Shown here piece after piece: positions 54,401 through 62,805 of a stretch of DNA of 64,000 bases. The notes under the pieces are model-generated. The model saw only the letters and a list, made by a program, of their open reading frames with translations, was not told the DNA's origin and made no database searches. The stretch comes from Pseudonocardiaceae bacterium (GTDB lineage: Bacteria > Actinomycetota > Actinomycetes > Mycobacteriales > Pseudonocardiaceae): the NCBI GenBank assembly GCA_035552275.1, contig DASZLR010000141.1, forward strand, positions 9,186-73,185, given 5' to 3'. Each line of letters opens with the position of its first letter. Within the stretch, counting starts at the first letter, position 1. Position numbers and translations under genes: made by a program.

Positions 54401-57400
54401 GGCGGGCAATTCGGCCAGGCTCATCCGGTGGGCCCGGACATCGGCGATCTCGGCCAGCACCTCCTCGTCGGGACCGACGAGTTGCACCGTGCCGACCAGG
54501 GTCTGACCGCCGTCGACCGGACGGAGCACGGCGTCACACCGCACCCCGCGTGCCGGATCGCCGTAAACCTGTGCGGAGCCGATCGCCCTCGGCAGGTAGA
54601 CGCCGGTGGAGTCGGCCTGGCCGTACCCGGCGGCGACCAGCGCGTGCAGGCACGCGTCGGCGAGCGCGGGATGCAGGCCGAACGCCGGATGCGCGGTGGT
54701 CGGATCGGGCAGCGTCACCGACGCCGAGGCGCGGCCGGGCACCGCGCGCACGTCGCGCAGGCCGCGGAACGCCGGACCGTACTGCTGTCCGGACCGGGCC
54801 AGCACCGGATACAGGTCGAGCGGTTCGCCCTCGGTGACCGATCCCAACGGGTTCGGCGGCGGCGCGTCGTCCGGCCGCACGAAGGCGGTGGCGTGCAGCG
54901 TCCAGCCACCACCGGCCGCCGGCGCCGACACGGTCACCCGACCACCAGCGCCCACCGCGCCGACCGGCTCGAACACGGTGGTGACCTCGGTGCTGGCCGA
55001 CAGCGGCAGTAGCTCGCGGAGGTCGAGGTTCTCCACCCGCACCCGGTCCACGCCCAGCGCCGTTCGGCCGGCGGATCGGGCCATCTCCAGGTATCCGGTC
55101 GCGGGCAGCACGCTCACCCCGTAGGCCTGGTGATCGGCCAGCCAGGGCAGCGCCTCGGTGCCGATGTCGGCCTGCCAGGCGTGCCGGCCGTCCGGCATGG
55201 CGACATGCGAGTCCAGCAGTGGATGGTGGTTCGTTCTGGGCTTGGCGCTCGGCGCGGCGATCCAATGCCGCTCGTGCTGCCAGGCCGGTCCGGGCAGGTC
55301 GAGGACGGGGGAGCGGGGGTAGCGGAGGGTGAGCACGTCGGCGTGGCCGTGCGCGTGCAGCGCGGCGACGGTCGGCAGACAACCGTCCTGTTCGGACTTC
55401 CGGTTCAGGCTGCCGAGCGCCAGCACGCCGCCGACATTCTCGGCGGCGGCGGTCTGCTCGACCGACCCGATCGCGATCGGATGCGGCGCGATCTCGACGA
55501 AGGTTCGGTGTCCGTCGGCCAGCGTCGCGGCCAGCGCCTGGGTGAACCGGACCGGGCGGCGCAGGTTGGCCGCCCAGTAATCGATGTCGAAGCGTGGCTG
55601 AGCGCGCGGGTCGTCCAGCACGCTGGAGTAGCACGGCACCCGGGGCGGCGTCGGCTCGACGGCGGCGATGGCGGCGCGGAACTCGGCCAGCAGCGGCTCG
55701 ACCGCCGCCGAGTGCCCGGCCCCGCCGACCGGCAGCTTGCGGGCCAACCGGCCCAGTGCTTCCGCGTGCCGGACCAGCGCGTCGATCTGCTCCGGCGGCC
55801 CGCCGACGGTGCACTGCGCCGGGGCGCCGTAGACGGCGATCGACACGTCGGGGAATTCGGCGCGCAGCGCGGCAAGTTCGGTCGCGGACAGCTCGACCAC
55901 CGCCATCGCGCCCTGCCCGGCGTTGTCCACGCCGGCGAGTAGCCGCGATCGGGCCGTGACGATCCGCAGTCCCTGTTCCACGTCCAGCGCGCCGGCGACG
56001 ACCGCGGCGGCGATCTCGCCCATCGAATGCCCGACCACGGCCGCCGGATGCACGCCCTGCGCACGCCAGAACTCGGCCAGTGCGACCTGCATGCCGAACA
56101 GCACCGGTTGCAGGACGCTGAGGTCGGTCAGCATCTCGTCGCTGCCCAGCGCCTCGCGCAAGGAGAACCCAGCGACTGAACGGAAACTCGGCGCCAGCGT
56201 GACCACCGCGCGTCGGAAGTCTGGTTCGGCGGCCAGCAGCCGACGACCCATCCCAGCCCACTGCGACCCGTACCCGGAGAACACGAACACCGGCCCGGTC
56301 CCGCTGCCAGGCCCATTACCACGAACCCGGCTGCCGGCGGATTGCGCTGTCCACAACGAATCCGGTTGTCCACAGGACGCCGAATCGCCCTTCGCCGGCC
56401 CCGTCGGCGCCGATAGACTGGCCACGGGGCCGCCCCCGGGTGGGTGGGGGGTATCTACGGGTGCTGGCGGGGTGCGTTGCGGCGCTTGGGTTTCGGGGAC
56501 CCGCGGGGCCGCCAGGCGGGTGCGGGCGAGGGTGACAGCGGGCGACGGTTCGCCCGCGGCGAGGGCGCGCAGCGCGGCGGCCAGATCGTCCCGGTTCGCG
56601 GCGACCACGGCGGCGCGGACGGTCAGGTGGTCGCGGCGGGCAACCAGCGCGGCGGCGACATCAGCCAGCGGGACCGGCCGTCCGGCCGGTGAGAGGATCC
56701 ATTCCGCCAGGTCGGCTGCGCGGGCCCGAACCCCCGCCTCCGACATCGCCGACAGCGCGAACACCTGCGCCGACTCGGCCGAGGGGGCATCGGAGTCCAT
56801 CGGCGGTGCCGCCGACCATTCCTCCATCACCACGTGCGCGTTGCTGCCGCCGAAGCCAAACGCCGACACACCGGCGCAGGCCAGCCCGGAGTAGCGCGGC
56901 CACGCCAGCGGCGTCGCCGCCACCGACAGCTTCAGCGCGTCGAAGTCGATCAGCGGGTTCGGCTCGTGGTAGTGCAGGCTGGCCGGGATCCGGCCGTTCG
57001 CCAGCGCAAGCACCACTTTGATCAGGCCGACGATCCCGGCCGCGCCCTCCAGGTGGCCGAGGTTCGTCTTCACCGAGCCGAGCAGCAGCGGCCGGTCGCC
57101 ACTCCGGCCAGCGCCGAGCACCTCGCCCAGCGCGGCCGCTTCGATCGGGTCGCCGAGCAGCGTGCCGGTGCCATGCGCCTCCACATAGTCCACAGTGGCC
57201 GGATCGACATCGGCCGCCGTGTACACGTCGCGCAACAGCGCGGCCTGCGCCTCCGGATTCGGCGCCATCAGTCCATTCGAACGGCCGTCGCTGTTCGTTC
57301 CACTGCCGCGGATCAGCGCCAGCACCCGGTCGTCCGCGCGGCGCGCGTCGGACAACCGCCGCAAGATGACCACACCGCAGCCCTCGCCGCGCGCGATACC

Positions 57401-58351
57401 GTTGGCCGACGCGTCGAATGCCTTGCACCGGCCGTCCGGGGCCAGCACGCCCGCATGGCCGAAAGCGGCGGTGACGGCCGGCGTCAGCAGCGTGTTGACT
57501 CCGCCGACCACCGCCAAGTCGATCTCGCCCGCGCGCAGCGCCCGCACCGCCTGGTGCACCGCCACCAGCGACGACGAGCACGCCGTGTCCACCACCACGC
57601 TCGCGCCGCGCAGGTCGAGCAGATACGACAGCCGGTTGGCGATCACGCTGCCCGCCGCGCCGGTCGCCGACCACGCGTCAACCGCGTCGATATCGGCCAT
57701 GCTCAGCGATCCGTACTCGGTCGCCGACACACCCATGAACACGCCGGTGCGGCTGCCGCGCAGCGAGCCGGGCGCGATGCCGGCCTGCTCCAGCGCCGCC
57801 CACGCCACTTCCAGCACGATCCGCTGCTGCGGGTCCATCACCGCGGCCTCGCGCGGGGTGATGCCGAAGAACGCGGCGTCGAATCCGGCGACATCGTCCA
57901 GGTAACCGCCGAGCGGCGCCTGGGTCTCGGCCGGCCAGCGGCCCTCCGGTGGCGAGCCGATGACGTCCCGGCCGGAGTCCAGCAGGTTCCAGAACCGCCC
58001 AGCCGACTCGACGCCGCCGGGCAGCCGGCAGTCGACGCCGATCACCGCGATCGGCTCGCCGGCATCGCTGACCCCGCCGCGGGAAACCCCTGGAGCGGCA
58101 GCCGAATCGCCGGTCAGCGCGGCCACCATCGAGGCGATGCTCGGGTGCTGGTAGACAAACGTGGGCCCCAGCGCGCGTCCGACCACATCGGACAGTTCGG
58201 TGGCCAGGGTCACCGCGTTCCGCGAGGACAGGCCGAATTCATGCACCGCTCGGTCGACCTGCACCTCGCCCACCGTGAGCTCCGTCAGTGCGGCTACCCG
58301 GGCGGTCAGCCACCCGGTCAGCTCATCCGGCCCCATCGACTTACTGGTCAT
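51452..58351 (-). CDS. Type I PKS: ACP-KS-AT-DH-KR-ACP-(degenerate carrier)-TE
   Basis: I chose the ATG at 58351 (MTSKSMGPDEL...), which overlaps the FAAL stop (ATGACCAGTAA).
- **N-ACP:** EFGLSS, nt about 58333-58112.
- **KS:** 58057-56816, with DTACSSS, EAHGTGT and NLGHLEGAAG.
- **AT:** 56302-55391, with GHSMGE and a GAGH specificity motif.
- **DH:** 55234-54401, with HPLLD, LADHQAYGVSVLP and ADACLH.
- **KR:** 53743-53201, with YLITGGLGELG and the S...Y...N catalytic residues.
- **ACP:** 52948-52721, with LGLDS.
- **PCP-like domain:** 52528-52301, with GGDD in place of GGDS.
- **TE:** 52258-51491, with GWSFGG. Confidence 0.9.
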   Translation of the reverse strand: MTSKSMGPDELTGWLTARVAALTELTVGEVQVDRAVHEFGLSSRNAVTLATELSDVVGRALGPTFVYQHPSIASMVAALTGDSAAAPGVSRGGVSDAGEPIAVIGVDCRLPGGVESAGRFWNLLDSGRDVIGSPPEGRWPAETQAPLGGYLDDVAGFDAAFFGITPREAAVMDPQQRIVLEVAWAALEQAGIAPGSLRGSRTGVFMGVSATEYGSLSMADIDAVDAWSATGAAGSVIANRLSYLLDLRGASVVVDTACSSSLVAVHQAVRALRAGEIDLAVVGGVNTLLTPAVTAAFGHAGVLAPDGRCKAFDASANGIARGEGCGVVILRRLSDARRADDRVLALIRGSGTNSDGRSNGLMAPNPEAQAALLRDVYTAADVDPATVDYVEAHGTGTLLGDPIEAAALGEVLGAGRSGDRPLLLGSVKTNLGHLEGAAGIVGLIKVVLALANGRIPASLHYHEPNPLIDFDALKLSVAATPLAWPRYSGLACAGVSAFGFGGSNAHVVMEEWSAAPPMDSDAPSAESAQVFALSAMSEAGVRARAADLAEWILSPAGRPVPLADVAAALVARRDHLTVRAAVVAANRDDLAAALRALAAGEPSPAVTLARTRLAAPRVPETQAPQRTPPAPVDTPHPPGGGPVASLSAPTGPAKGDSASCGQPDSLWTAQSAGSRVRGNGPGSGTGPVFVFSGYGSQWAGMGRRLLAAEPDFRRAVVTLAPSFRSVAGFSLREALGSDEMLTDLSVLQPVLFGMQVALAEFWRAQGVHPAAVVGHSMGEIAAAVVAGALDVEQGLRIVTARSRLLAGVDNAGQGAMAVVELSATELAALRAEFPDVSIAVYGAPAQCTVGGPPEQIDALVRHAEALGRLARKLPVGGAGHSAAVEPLLAEFRAAIAAVEPTPPRVPCYSSVLDDPRAQPRFDIDYWAANLRRPVRFTQALAATLADGHRTFVEIAPHPIAIGSVEQTAAAENVGGVLALGSLNRKSEQDGCLPTVAALHAHGHADVLTLRYPRSPVLDLPGPAWQHERHWIAAPSAKPRTNHHPLLDSHVAMPDGRHAWQADIGTEALPWLADHQAYGVSVLPATGYLEMARSAGRTALGVDRVRVENLDLRELLPLSASTEVTTVFEPVGAVGAGGRVTVSAPAAGGGWTLHATAFVRPDDAPPPNPLGSVTEGEPLDLYPVLARSGQQYGPAFRGLRDVRAVPGRASASVTLPDPTTAHPAFGLHPALADACLHALVAAGYGQADSTGVYLPRAIGSAQVYGDPARGVRCDAVLRPVDGGQTLVGTVQLVGPDEEVLAEIADVRAHRMSLAELPADPRDLGFELRWKPDPLPPAARRPRAWLLATDGTDDTDKSTVDRAALADLLAEHGDRATPVHGHDRPDDQDIGDIRPSDVVLIAGPADDYTDPARARQWVHTAAAWVRELERRSDPTPRLWFVTVGGTAVDPAESGAPGLGCLRALVRVLAFEHPELRASLVDLGAGATVDHLADELRADSAADEVAWRGDVRYTARLARTDLAQAESGVEPAGRTVRPGAYLITGGLGELGLRVARWLVAGGARRVVLSGRHGPSPATIAVLGELRANGTEIDVVPGDIAEPGVARRLVDHAQADGLPLYGVVHAAGVLADRLAIELTEDDLMTVWRPKVLGGAALHEATADVPLDWWLVFSSVAALFGSPGQAAYATANAWLDGLVADRRRQGLPATTIQWGAWERADADGADRANAVLAALRPEQGVAAMETILAGGRAATGVARVDLATTLDLYPELASRPFLADLLAGAGPTTVDGSAGGDDWPGLAAVRRMAPDEGVDVLRNRLANLLAGLIGTTPDRLDQHLPLTQLGLDSLMAMRMRAAVQHDLGVPPPVSALLRGASLADVADELAATVGITVPTVPSPPGPQPTVPSPPGPQPTVPTVPTPQPAAAQPNAERIPAAPAAHGPIGPRDATERWLALLWRDVLGRNGMGVHDDFFAVGGDDVLADQVRALIADRIGDRGPVPEVESLFANPTIAVMADLLRSSFEDNPHQMVVRALRAEGADVPLHLFHPAGGPTSVYQPLIAALPNGRPCYGYERLDDVDTVEDKAARYVELLREIQPDGPYLLGGWSFGGCLAYEVASVLTKAGQRVSLVAMIDSILPLPAPNASPQVLLLERFARFAEHVEHTYGVRLDISITELSTLDEPEQIRFVLDRLSSRVPDLGEAVLRHQYTSYVDARVSERYQPRPYDGRVLLLRAADQHQLTTSLDPRYLRTDEALGWDELCADLRVVRVPGDHVTMIDPPNVAVLAHHLADALGSAEHGRKEP
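52608..52690 (-). repeat. 30-nt tandem repeat encoding a Pro-rich interdomain linker (VPSPPGPQPT x2 plus partial copies)
   Basis: On the plus strand, cggtgggttgcgggccaggcggggaRggca occurs at 52621-52650 and 52651-52680 with one mismatch, flanked by partial cggtgggta units. Confidence 0.9.
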
Positions 58352-60113
58352 CGGCGAGGTACTGGTCGCGGCAGGCGAATCGGGCGATCTTGCCGCTGGA
58401 CGTCCGGGGCAGCGAGTCGGCCGGCACCAGCCGGACGTCCCGTAGCGCCAGGCCGTGGCCCTCGGACACCGCCGCCCGCACGGCCACCCGCACCTCGGCC
58501 TCGTCGATGTCGTCCGCCGACACTTTCCGAGCCAGCTCGGCCAGCACCACCGCCTGCTCACCGGACTCACCCGACACGGTGAACGCGACGGTGTTGTTCC
58601 GCCGGATCGCGGTGTGCGCGTGCTCCACGGTCTGCTCGATGTCGTGCGGGTAGTGGTTACGGCCGTCCACGATGATCATGTCCTTGATCCGGCCGGTGAC
58701 GAACAGCTCGCCGTCGTGTCGAACGCCGAGGTCGCCGGTGCGCAGCCACCAGCGCGGGTCGGTCGCGGCGCCCTCCTCGTCGCGCAACTGGTTGTGGAAC
58801 GTCCGCGCGGTCTCCTCCGGCTGACCCCAGTAGCCGTGCCCGACATTCGCACCGCTCACCCAGACCTCGCCGACCTCGCCGTCGCCGCGCGCCCGCCGGG
58901 TCTCCGGGTCCACGATCGCCACGTCCTGGTCGACCGGGATGCCGCAGGACACCAGTTCGACCGCACCGTCCGCACCTTCGGCCATCGGCACCGCCTGCCC
59001 TGCCGCCAGCCGCGCCCGGTCCAGCACCCGCCGCACCGGCGGCTGGCCGGGCACGCTGGCGGACACGAACACGGTGGCCTCGGCCAAGCCATAGGAGGGT
59101 CGGTGCGCCTCCGGTCGCAGCCCGCACTCGGCGAACGCGCTCCGGAACTTCTCGATCGCCGCCGACCGCACCGGCTCCGCGCCGTCGATCAGCGTGGTCA
59201 CCGTGTCCAGCCGCAGCCGCAGCTTGTCCTGGTCGGACACCCGCGCCGCGCACACCGCGTAGGCGAAGTTCGGCGCCGCGCTGATCGTGCCCGGGTTCGC
59301 CGACATCGCGCGCAGCCAGCGTTCCGGCCGCTCGATGAACGCGAACGGGTCGATCAGCACCGTGCGCACCCCGGCCACCAGCGGCGCGGCCACCGCCAGC
59401 ATCAGACCCATGTCGTGGAACAGCGGCAGCCAGCTCACCATGGTCGAGTGGCCCGGCCGCACCTGGTACGCCCGGATGGCGTGGCGCGCGTTCGCGATCA
59501 CGTTGCCATGGCTGACCATCACACCGCGCGGCGCGCCGGTGGAACCCGAGGTGTACTGCAGATAGGCGAGATCGTCCGGGCGCACCGGCACCGGCGCGTC
59601 CTTGCCGAACATCGCGCCGGCCGGGGGCAGGTCGTCCACGGCCACCGGCTCGGTCACCGCGAGACCGGTCGAGTCGATGAACGCCGCGACGTCCGCCCGG
59701 TGGGCCGAGGTGGTGAGAATCGCGGCGGGCGAGCAGTCGCGCAGCACGGCTTCCAGCCGGCCGGCGTGGCCGGGCAGGCTCGGCGCGAACAGCGGAACGG
59801 CGACGGCTCCGGCCCGCAGCGCACCCAGGAACGCCGCGACGTAGTCCGGGCACTGGTCGATCAGCACCGCCACCGGTTGGCCGACATTGACCCGACGGCG
59901 CAGCGCGGCGGCCACCGCGGTCACCCGGTCGTCCAACCGCTGCCAGGTCCATGAGGTCTGCGTCCCACCGGGCCGCTCGCGGTAGTCGAGCCAGTTGATC
60001 GCGGTCTGGTCACCGGCCAGCGCCGCCCACTGCGTCAGCAGACCGGGCAGCGAGGTGTCATCGGCCTCGCGCGTCACCACCGAAACGCCGAACGAAGCTA
60101 TGCCAGAACTCAT
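58341..60113 (-). CDS. Fatty acyl-AMP ligase (FAAL, FadD32-like) loading the downstream PKS
   Basis: I chose the ATG at 60113, preceded by gaggag 7 nt upstream; the track start is 60164. Motifs are LQYTSGSTGAPRGVMVSHGN, WLRTGDLG and PRTSSGKIAR. The stop overlaps the PKS start. Confidence 0.85.
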   Translation of the reverse strand: MSSGIASFGVSVVTREADDTSLPGLLTQWAALAGDQTAINWLDYRERPGGTQTSWTWQRLDDRVTAVAAALRRRVNVGQPVAVLIDQCPDYVAAFLGALRAGAVAVPLFAPSLPGHAGRLEAVLRDCSPAAILTTSAHRADVAAFIDSTGLAVTEPVAVDDLPPAGAMFGKDAPVPVRPDDLAYLQYTSGSTGAPRGVMVSHGNVIANARHAIRAYQVRPGHSTMVSWLPLFHDMGLMLAVAAPLVAGVRTVLIDPFAFIERPERWLRAMSANPGTISAAPNFAYAVCAARVSDQDKLRLRLDTVTTLIDGAEPVRSAAIEKFRSAFAECGLRPEAHRPSYGLAEATVFVSASVPGQPPVRRVLDRARLAAGQAVPMAEGADGAVELVSCGIPVDQDVAIVDPETRRARGDGEVGEVWVSGANVGHGYWGQPEETARTFHNQLRDEEGAATDPRWWLRTGDLGVRHDGELFVTGRIKDMIIVDGRNHYPHDIEQTVEHAHTAIRRNNTVAFTVSGESGEQAVVLAELARKVSADDIDEAEVRVAVRAAVSEGHGLALRDVRLVPADSLPRTSSGKIARFACRDQYLADDQ

Positions 60114-60395
60114 CCCGCGGCTCCTCACGCCAGTTGGTGACGCCGGCGCGGGCATGCAGCCCAAAAAACACGGGTAATCCGCGACGTGATTAGCGCCGTG
60201 TCCTGTCGCCGTCCCGGCTCAAATTCGACTTGGCTCACCGTAATTGGCCGCCCGGTCGCCCGTCAACGGCCGGGACAGTGGATGTGTCTATTCCGGACGG
60301 CCGTTAGGAACGGCTTTGTGAATTATATGAGCAGCCGGTCGTCGGGACTTGTGGCAAAGCTACAGACACGGCCCGTTTTCCCCAGCCGGCGGATG

Positions 60396-61571
60396 CTAGC
60401 GGAACGCGTTCAGGCCGGTCACCGCGTTGCCGACGGTCAACGCGTGCACTTCCTCGGTGCCCTCGTAGGTGAGCACCGTTTCCAGGTTCGCGGCGTGCCG
60501 CATCACCGGGTACTCCAGCGTGATGCCGTTCGCGCCGAGCACCGTCCGGGCGCTGCGGGCGACGTCCAGCGCGGCCCGCACGTTGGCCAGCTTGCCCAGG
60601 CTGACCTGGCTGGGGTGCAGCGATCCCGCGTCCTTGAGCCGGCCGAGGGTGAGCGCGACCAGCCCGGCCCGGTTCACCTCGACCACCATGTCGGCGAGTT
60701 TGCGCTGGGTCAGCTGGAAACCGCCCAACGGCCGGCCGAACTGCTCGCGGGTGAGGCTGTACTCCAGGGCTGACTCATAGCAGGTCCGCGCCGCCCCGAC
60801 CGCGCCCCAGACGATGCCGAACCGGGCTTCGTTCAGGCAGCTCAGTGGGCCGCGCAGGCCCCGGGCCTCGGGCAGCATCGCCTCGGCCGGCAGCCGCACG
60901 CCCGCCAGGACCAGCTCGGCGGTCACCGAAGCGCGCAGCGAAAGCTTGTGGTGCACCTCGTTCGCGGTGAATCCGGGCGTGTCGGTGGGCACCACGAACC
61001 CGCGAACGCCCTCGTCGGTGCGCGCCCATACCACCGCCACCGAGGCCAGCGTGCCGTTGGTGATCCACATCTTGGCGCCGTCCAGCACCCAGTCCGAGCC
61101 GTCCCGCCGGGCGCGGGTGCGCATCGAGCCCGGATCGCTGCCGGAATCCGGCTCGGTGAGGCCGAAGCAGCCGATGACCTCGCCCGTTGCCAGCCGGGGC
61201 AGCCATTCCCGGCGCTGCGCCTCGCTGCCCCAGTGGTGGATCGCGAACATCGCCAGCGAGCCCTGCACGGACACGAAGCTGCGCAGCCCGGAGTCGATCG
61301 CCTCCAGTTCTCGGCAGGCCACCCCATAGGCGACCGCGCTGGACCCGGCGCAGCCGTAGCCGGTCAGGTGCATCCCGAAGACACCCAGCTCACCGAGGCC
61401 GGCGGCGATCTCGCGGGGCAGCGTGCCGCGCTCGTACCAGTCCGCCACGTGCGGCGCGAGCTTCGACCGCGCGTAGTCGCGCACGGTGTCCCGCACATCG
61501 CGTTCGGTGTCGTCCAGTTGGGCGTCCAGGGCCAGGAAGTCGCGCGGATCGGGCGTCTCGGACGTGCTCAT
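60396..61571 (-). CDS. Acyl-CoA dehydrogenase, glutaryl-CoA dehydrogenase-like
   Basis: CFGLTEPDSGSDPGSM and DGAKMWITNG are present, along with the C-terminal ...TYEGTEEVH. Overall length is 391 aa. Confidence 0.8.
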   Translation of the reverse strand: MSTSETPDPRDFLALDAQLDDTERDVRDTVRDYARSKLAPHVADWYERGTLPREIAAGLGELGVFGMHLTGYGCAGSSAVAYGVACRELEAIDSGLRSFVSVQGSLAMFAIHHWGSEAQRREWLPRLATGEVIGCFGLTEPDSGSDPGSMRTRARRDGSDWVLDGAKMWITNGTLASVAVVWARTDEGVRGFVVPTDTPGFTANEVHHKLSLRASVTAELVLAGVRLPAEAMLPEARGLRGPLSCLNEARFGIVWGAVGAARTCYESALEYSLTREQFGRPLGGFQLTQRKLADMVVEVNRAGLVALTLGRLKDAGSLHPSQVSLGKLANVRAALDVARSARTVLGANGITLEYPVMRHAANLETVLTYEGTEEVHALTVGNAVTGLNAFR

Positions 61572-61842
61572 CGAAAAGTGCTCCTCACCTGGCGTTTCCT
61601 CGTCCGGCCGGCGCTGGGCGGACGCGGAACATGTGTATCAGACGGCGGTCGCGGTGGCGCTTCTTGTCATAGTCGTCACAAATGGTTCATCATGACTGCG
61701 CAGCCGATTATGAAGGCGCCAGGCCGGCTGTCCGAGCGGGATCCGCAGGCGATTGAGCACACCGCAGGGAGGTTCTTCACCGGTATTCTCTTGCTTGCCG
61801 GAGATGAACGCGACCGCCGGTACTGACCGACAGGATACGTGC

Positions 61843-62805
61843 ATGGAGCGACCGCGGATCGAAGTGCTCGATCTCGGGAAGTCGTACGGTCAGGTCAACG
61901 CGCTGGCCAATGTCACTCTCCGGGTCGGCGCGGGCACGGTGCTCGGCGTGTTGGGGCACAACGGCGCCGGAAAGACGACACTGGTCGACATTCTCGCCAC
62001 CCGCGGCCGGCCCACCACGGGCTCGGCCAAGGTGTGCGGGTGGGACGTGGTCAAGCACGGCGACAAGGTGCGCGAGCGGATCGGCATGACCAGCCAGTTC
62101 GTCGCGGTCGACGACGGCATGACCGGCCGGGACAACCTGATCCTGCTGGCTCGCCTGCTCGGCGCCAACGCGCGCCAGGCCAAGGCCAGGGCCGAGGAGC
62201 TGTTGGAGGCGTTCGACCTGGTCGACGCCGCGAACCGGAAATCGTCCACCTACTCCGGCGGGATGCGTCGGCGGCTGGACCTGGCCGCCAGCCTGATCAG
62301 CCGGCCCGACGTGCTGTTCCTGGACGAGCCCACCACCGGTCTCGACCCGGCCAGCCGCACCGACGTGTGGGGGTTCGTGGAACGGCTGGCCGCCGACGGC
62401 ACCACCGTGTTCCTCACCACCCAGTACCTGGAGGAAGCCGACCGGCTGGCGCACCAGGTGGTGGTGCTCGCGGCCGGCTACGTCGTCGCCTCCGGCACCC
62501 CCGACCAGCTCAAGGCCGGCATCGGCAAGCGGCACGTGATGGTGACCCTGGCCAGCTCGCACGCCACCTTCCACGCGGCGGCCGCGCTGACCCGGCATCG
62601 GCTGTCTCCGGTGGCGGACGCGAAACTGTGCACCGTGATGGTGCCGATTCCGGAAGCCGGTGATATCGCGGCCGTGGTGCGCGCGTTGGACTCGGCGCGC
62701 ATCCCGATCCAGGATCTCAAGATCAGCGAACCCAGCCTGAACGATGTGTACATGGCGCTGCACCGCTCGGGATGGAACAGCGACGGGTGGCGGTCGGCCT
62801 CATGA
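61843..62805 (+). CDS. ABC transporter ATP-binding protein (DrrA-like, ABC-2 exporter family)
   Basis: The ATG at 61843 gives MERPRIEVLDLGKSYG. Walker A GHNGAGKTT, signature YSGGMRRRLDLA and Walker B LFLDEPTTGLD are present. Confidence 0.85.
   Translation: MERPRIEVLDLGKSYGQVNALANVTLRVGAGTVLGVLGHNGAGKTTLVDILATRGRPTTGSAKVCGWDVVKHGDKVRERIGMTSQFVAVDDGMTGRDNLILLARLLGANARQAKARAEELLEAFDLVDAANRKSSTYSGGMRRRLDLAASLISRPDVLFLDEPTTGLDPASRTDVWGFVERLAADGTTVFLTTQYLEEADRLAHQVVVLAAGYVVASGTPDQLKAGIGKRHVMVTLASSHATFHAAAALTRHRLSPVADAKLCTVMVPIPEAGDIAAVVRALDSARIPIQDLKISEPSLNDVYMALHRSGWNSDGWRSAS

Noticed and set aside
49846-60113. A bona fide mycolic acid condensation locus (fadD32-pks13-accD4)
   Set aside because: The gene order matches, but the PKS has apparently functional DH and KR domains plus an extra degenerate carrier domain. 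That is not the Pks13 architecture, so I describe it as Pks13-like in organisation only. The taxon cannot be established from this window.
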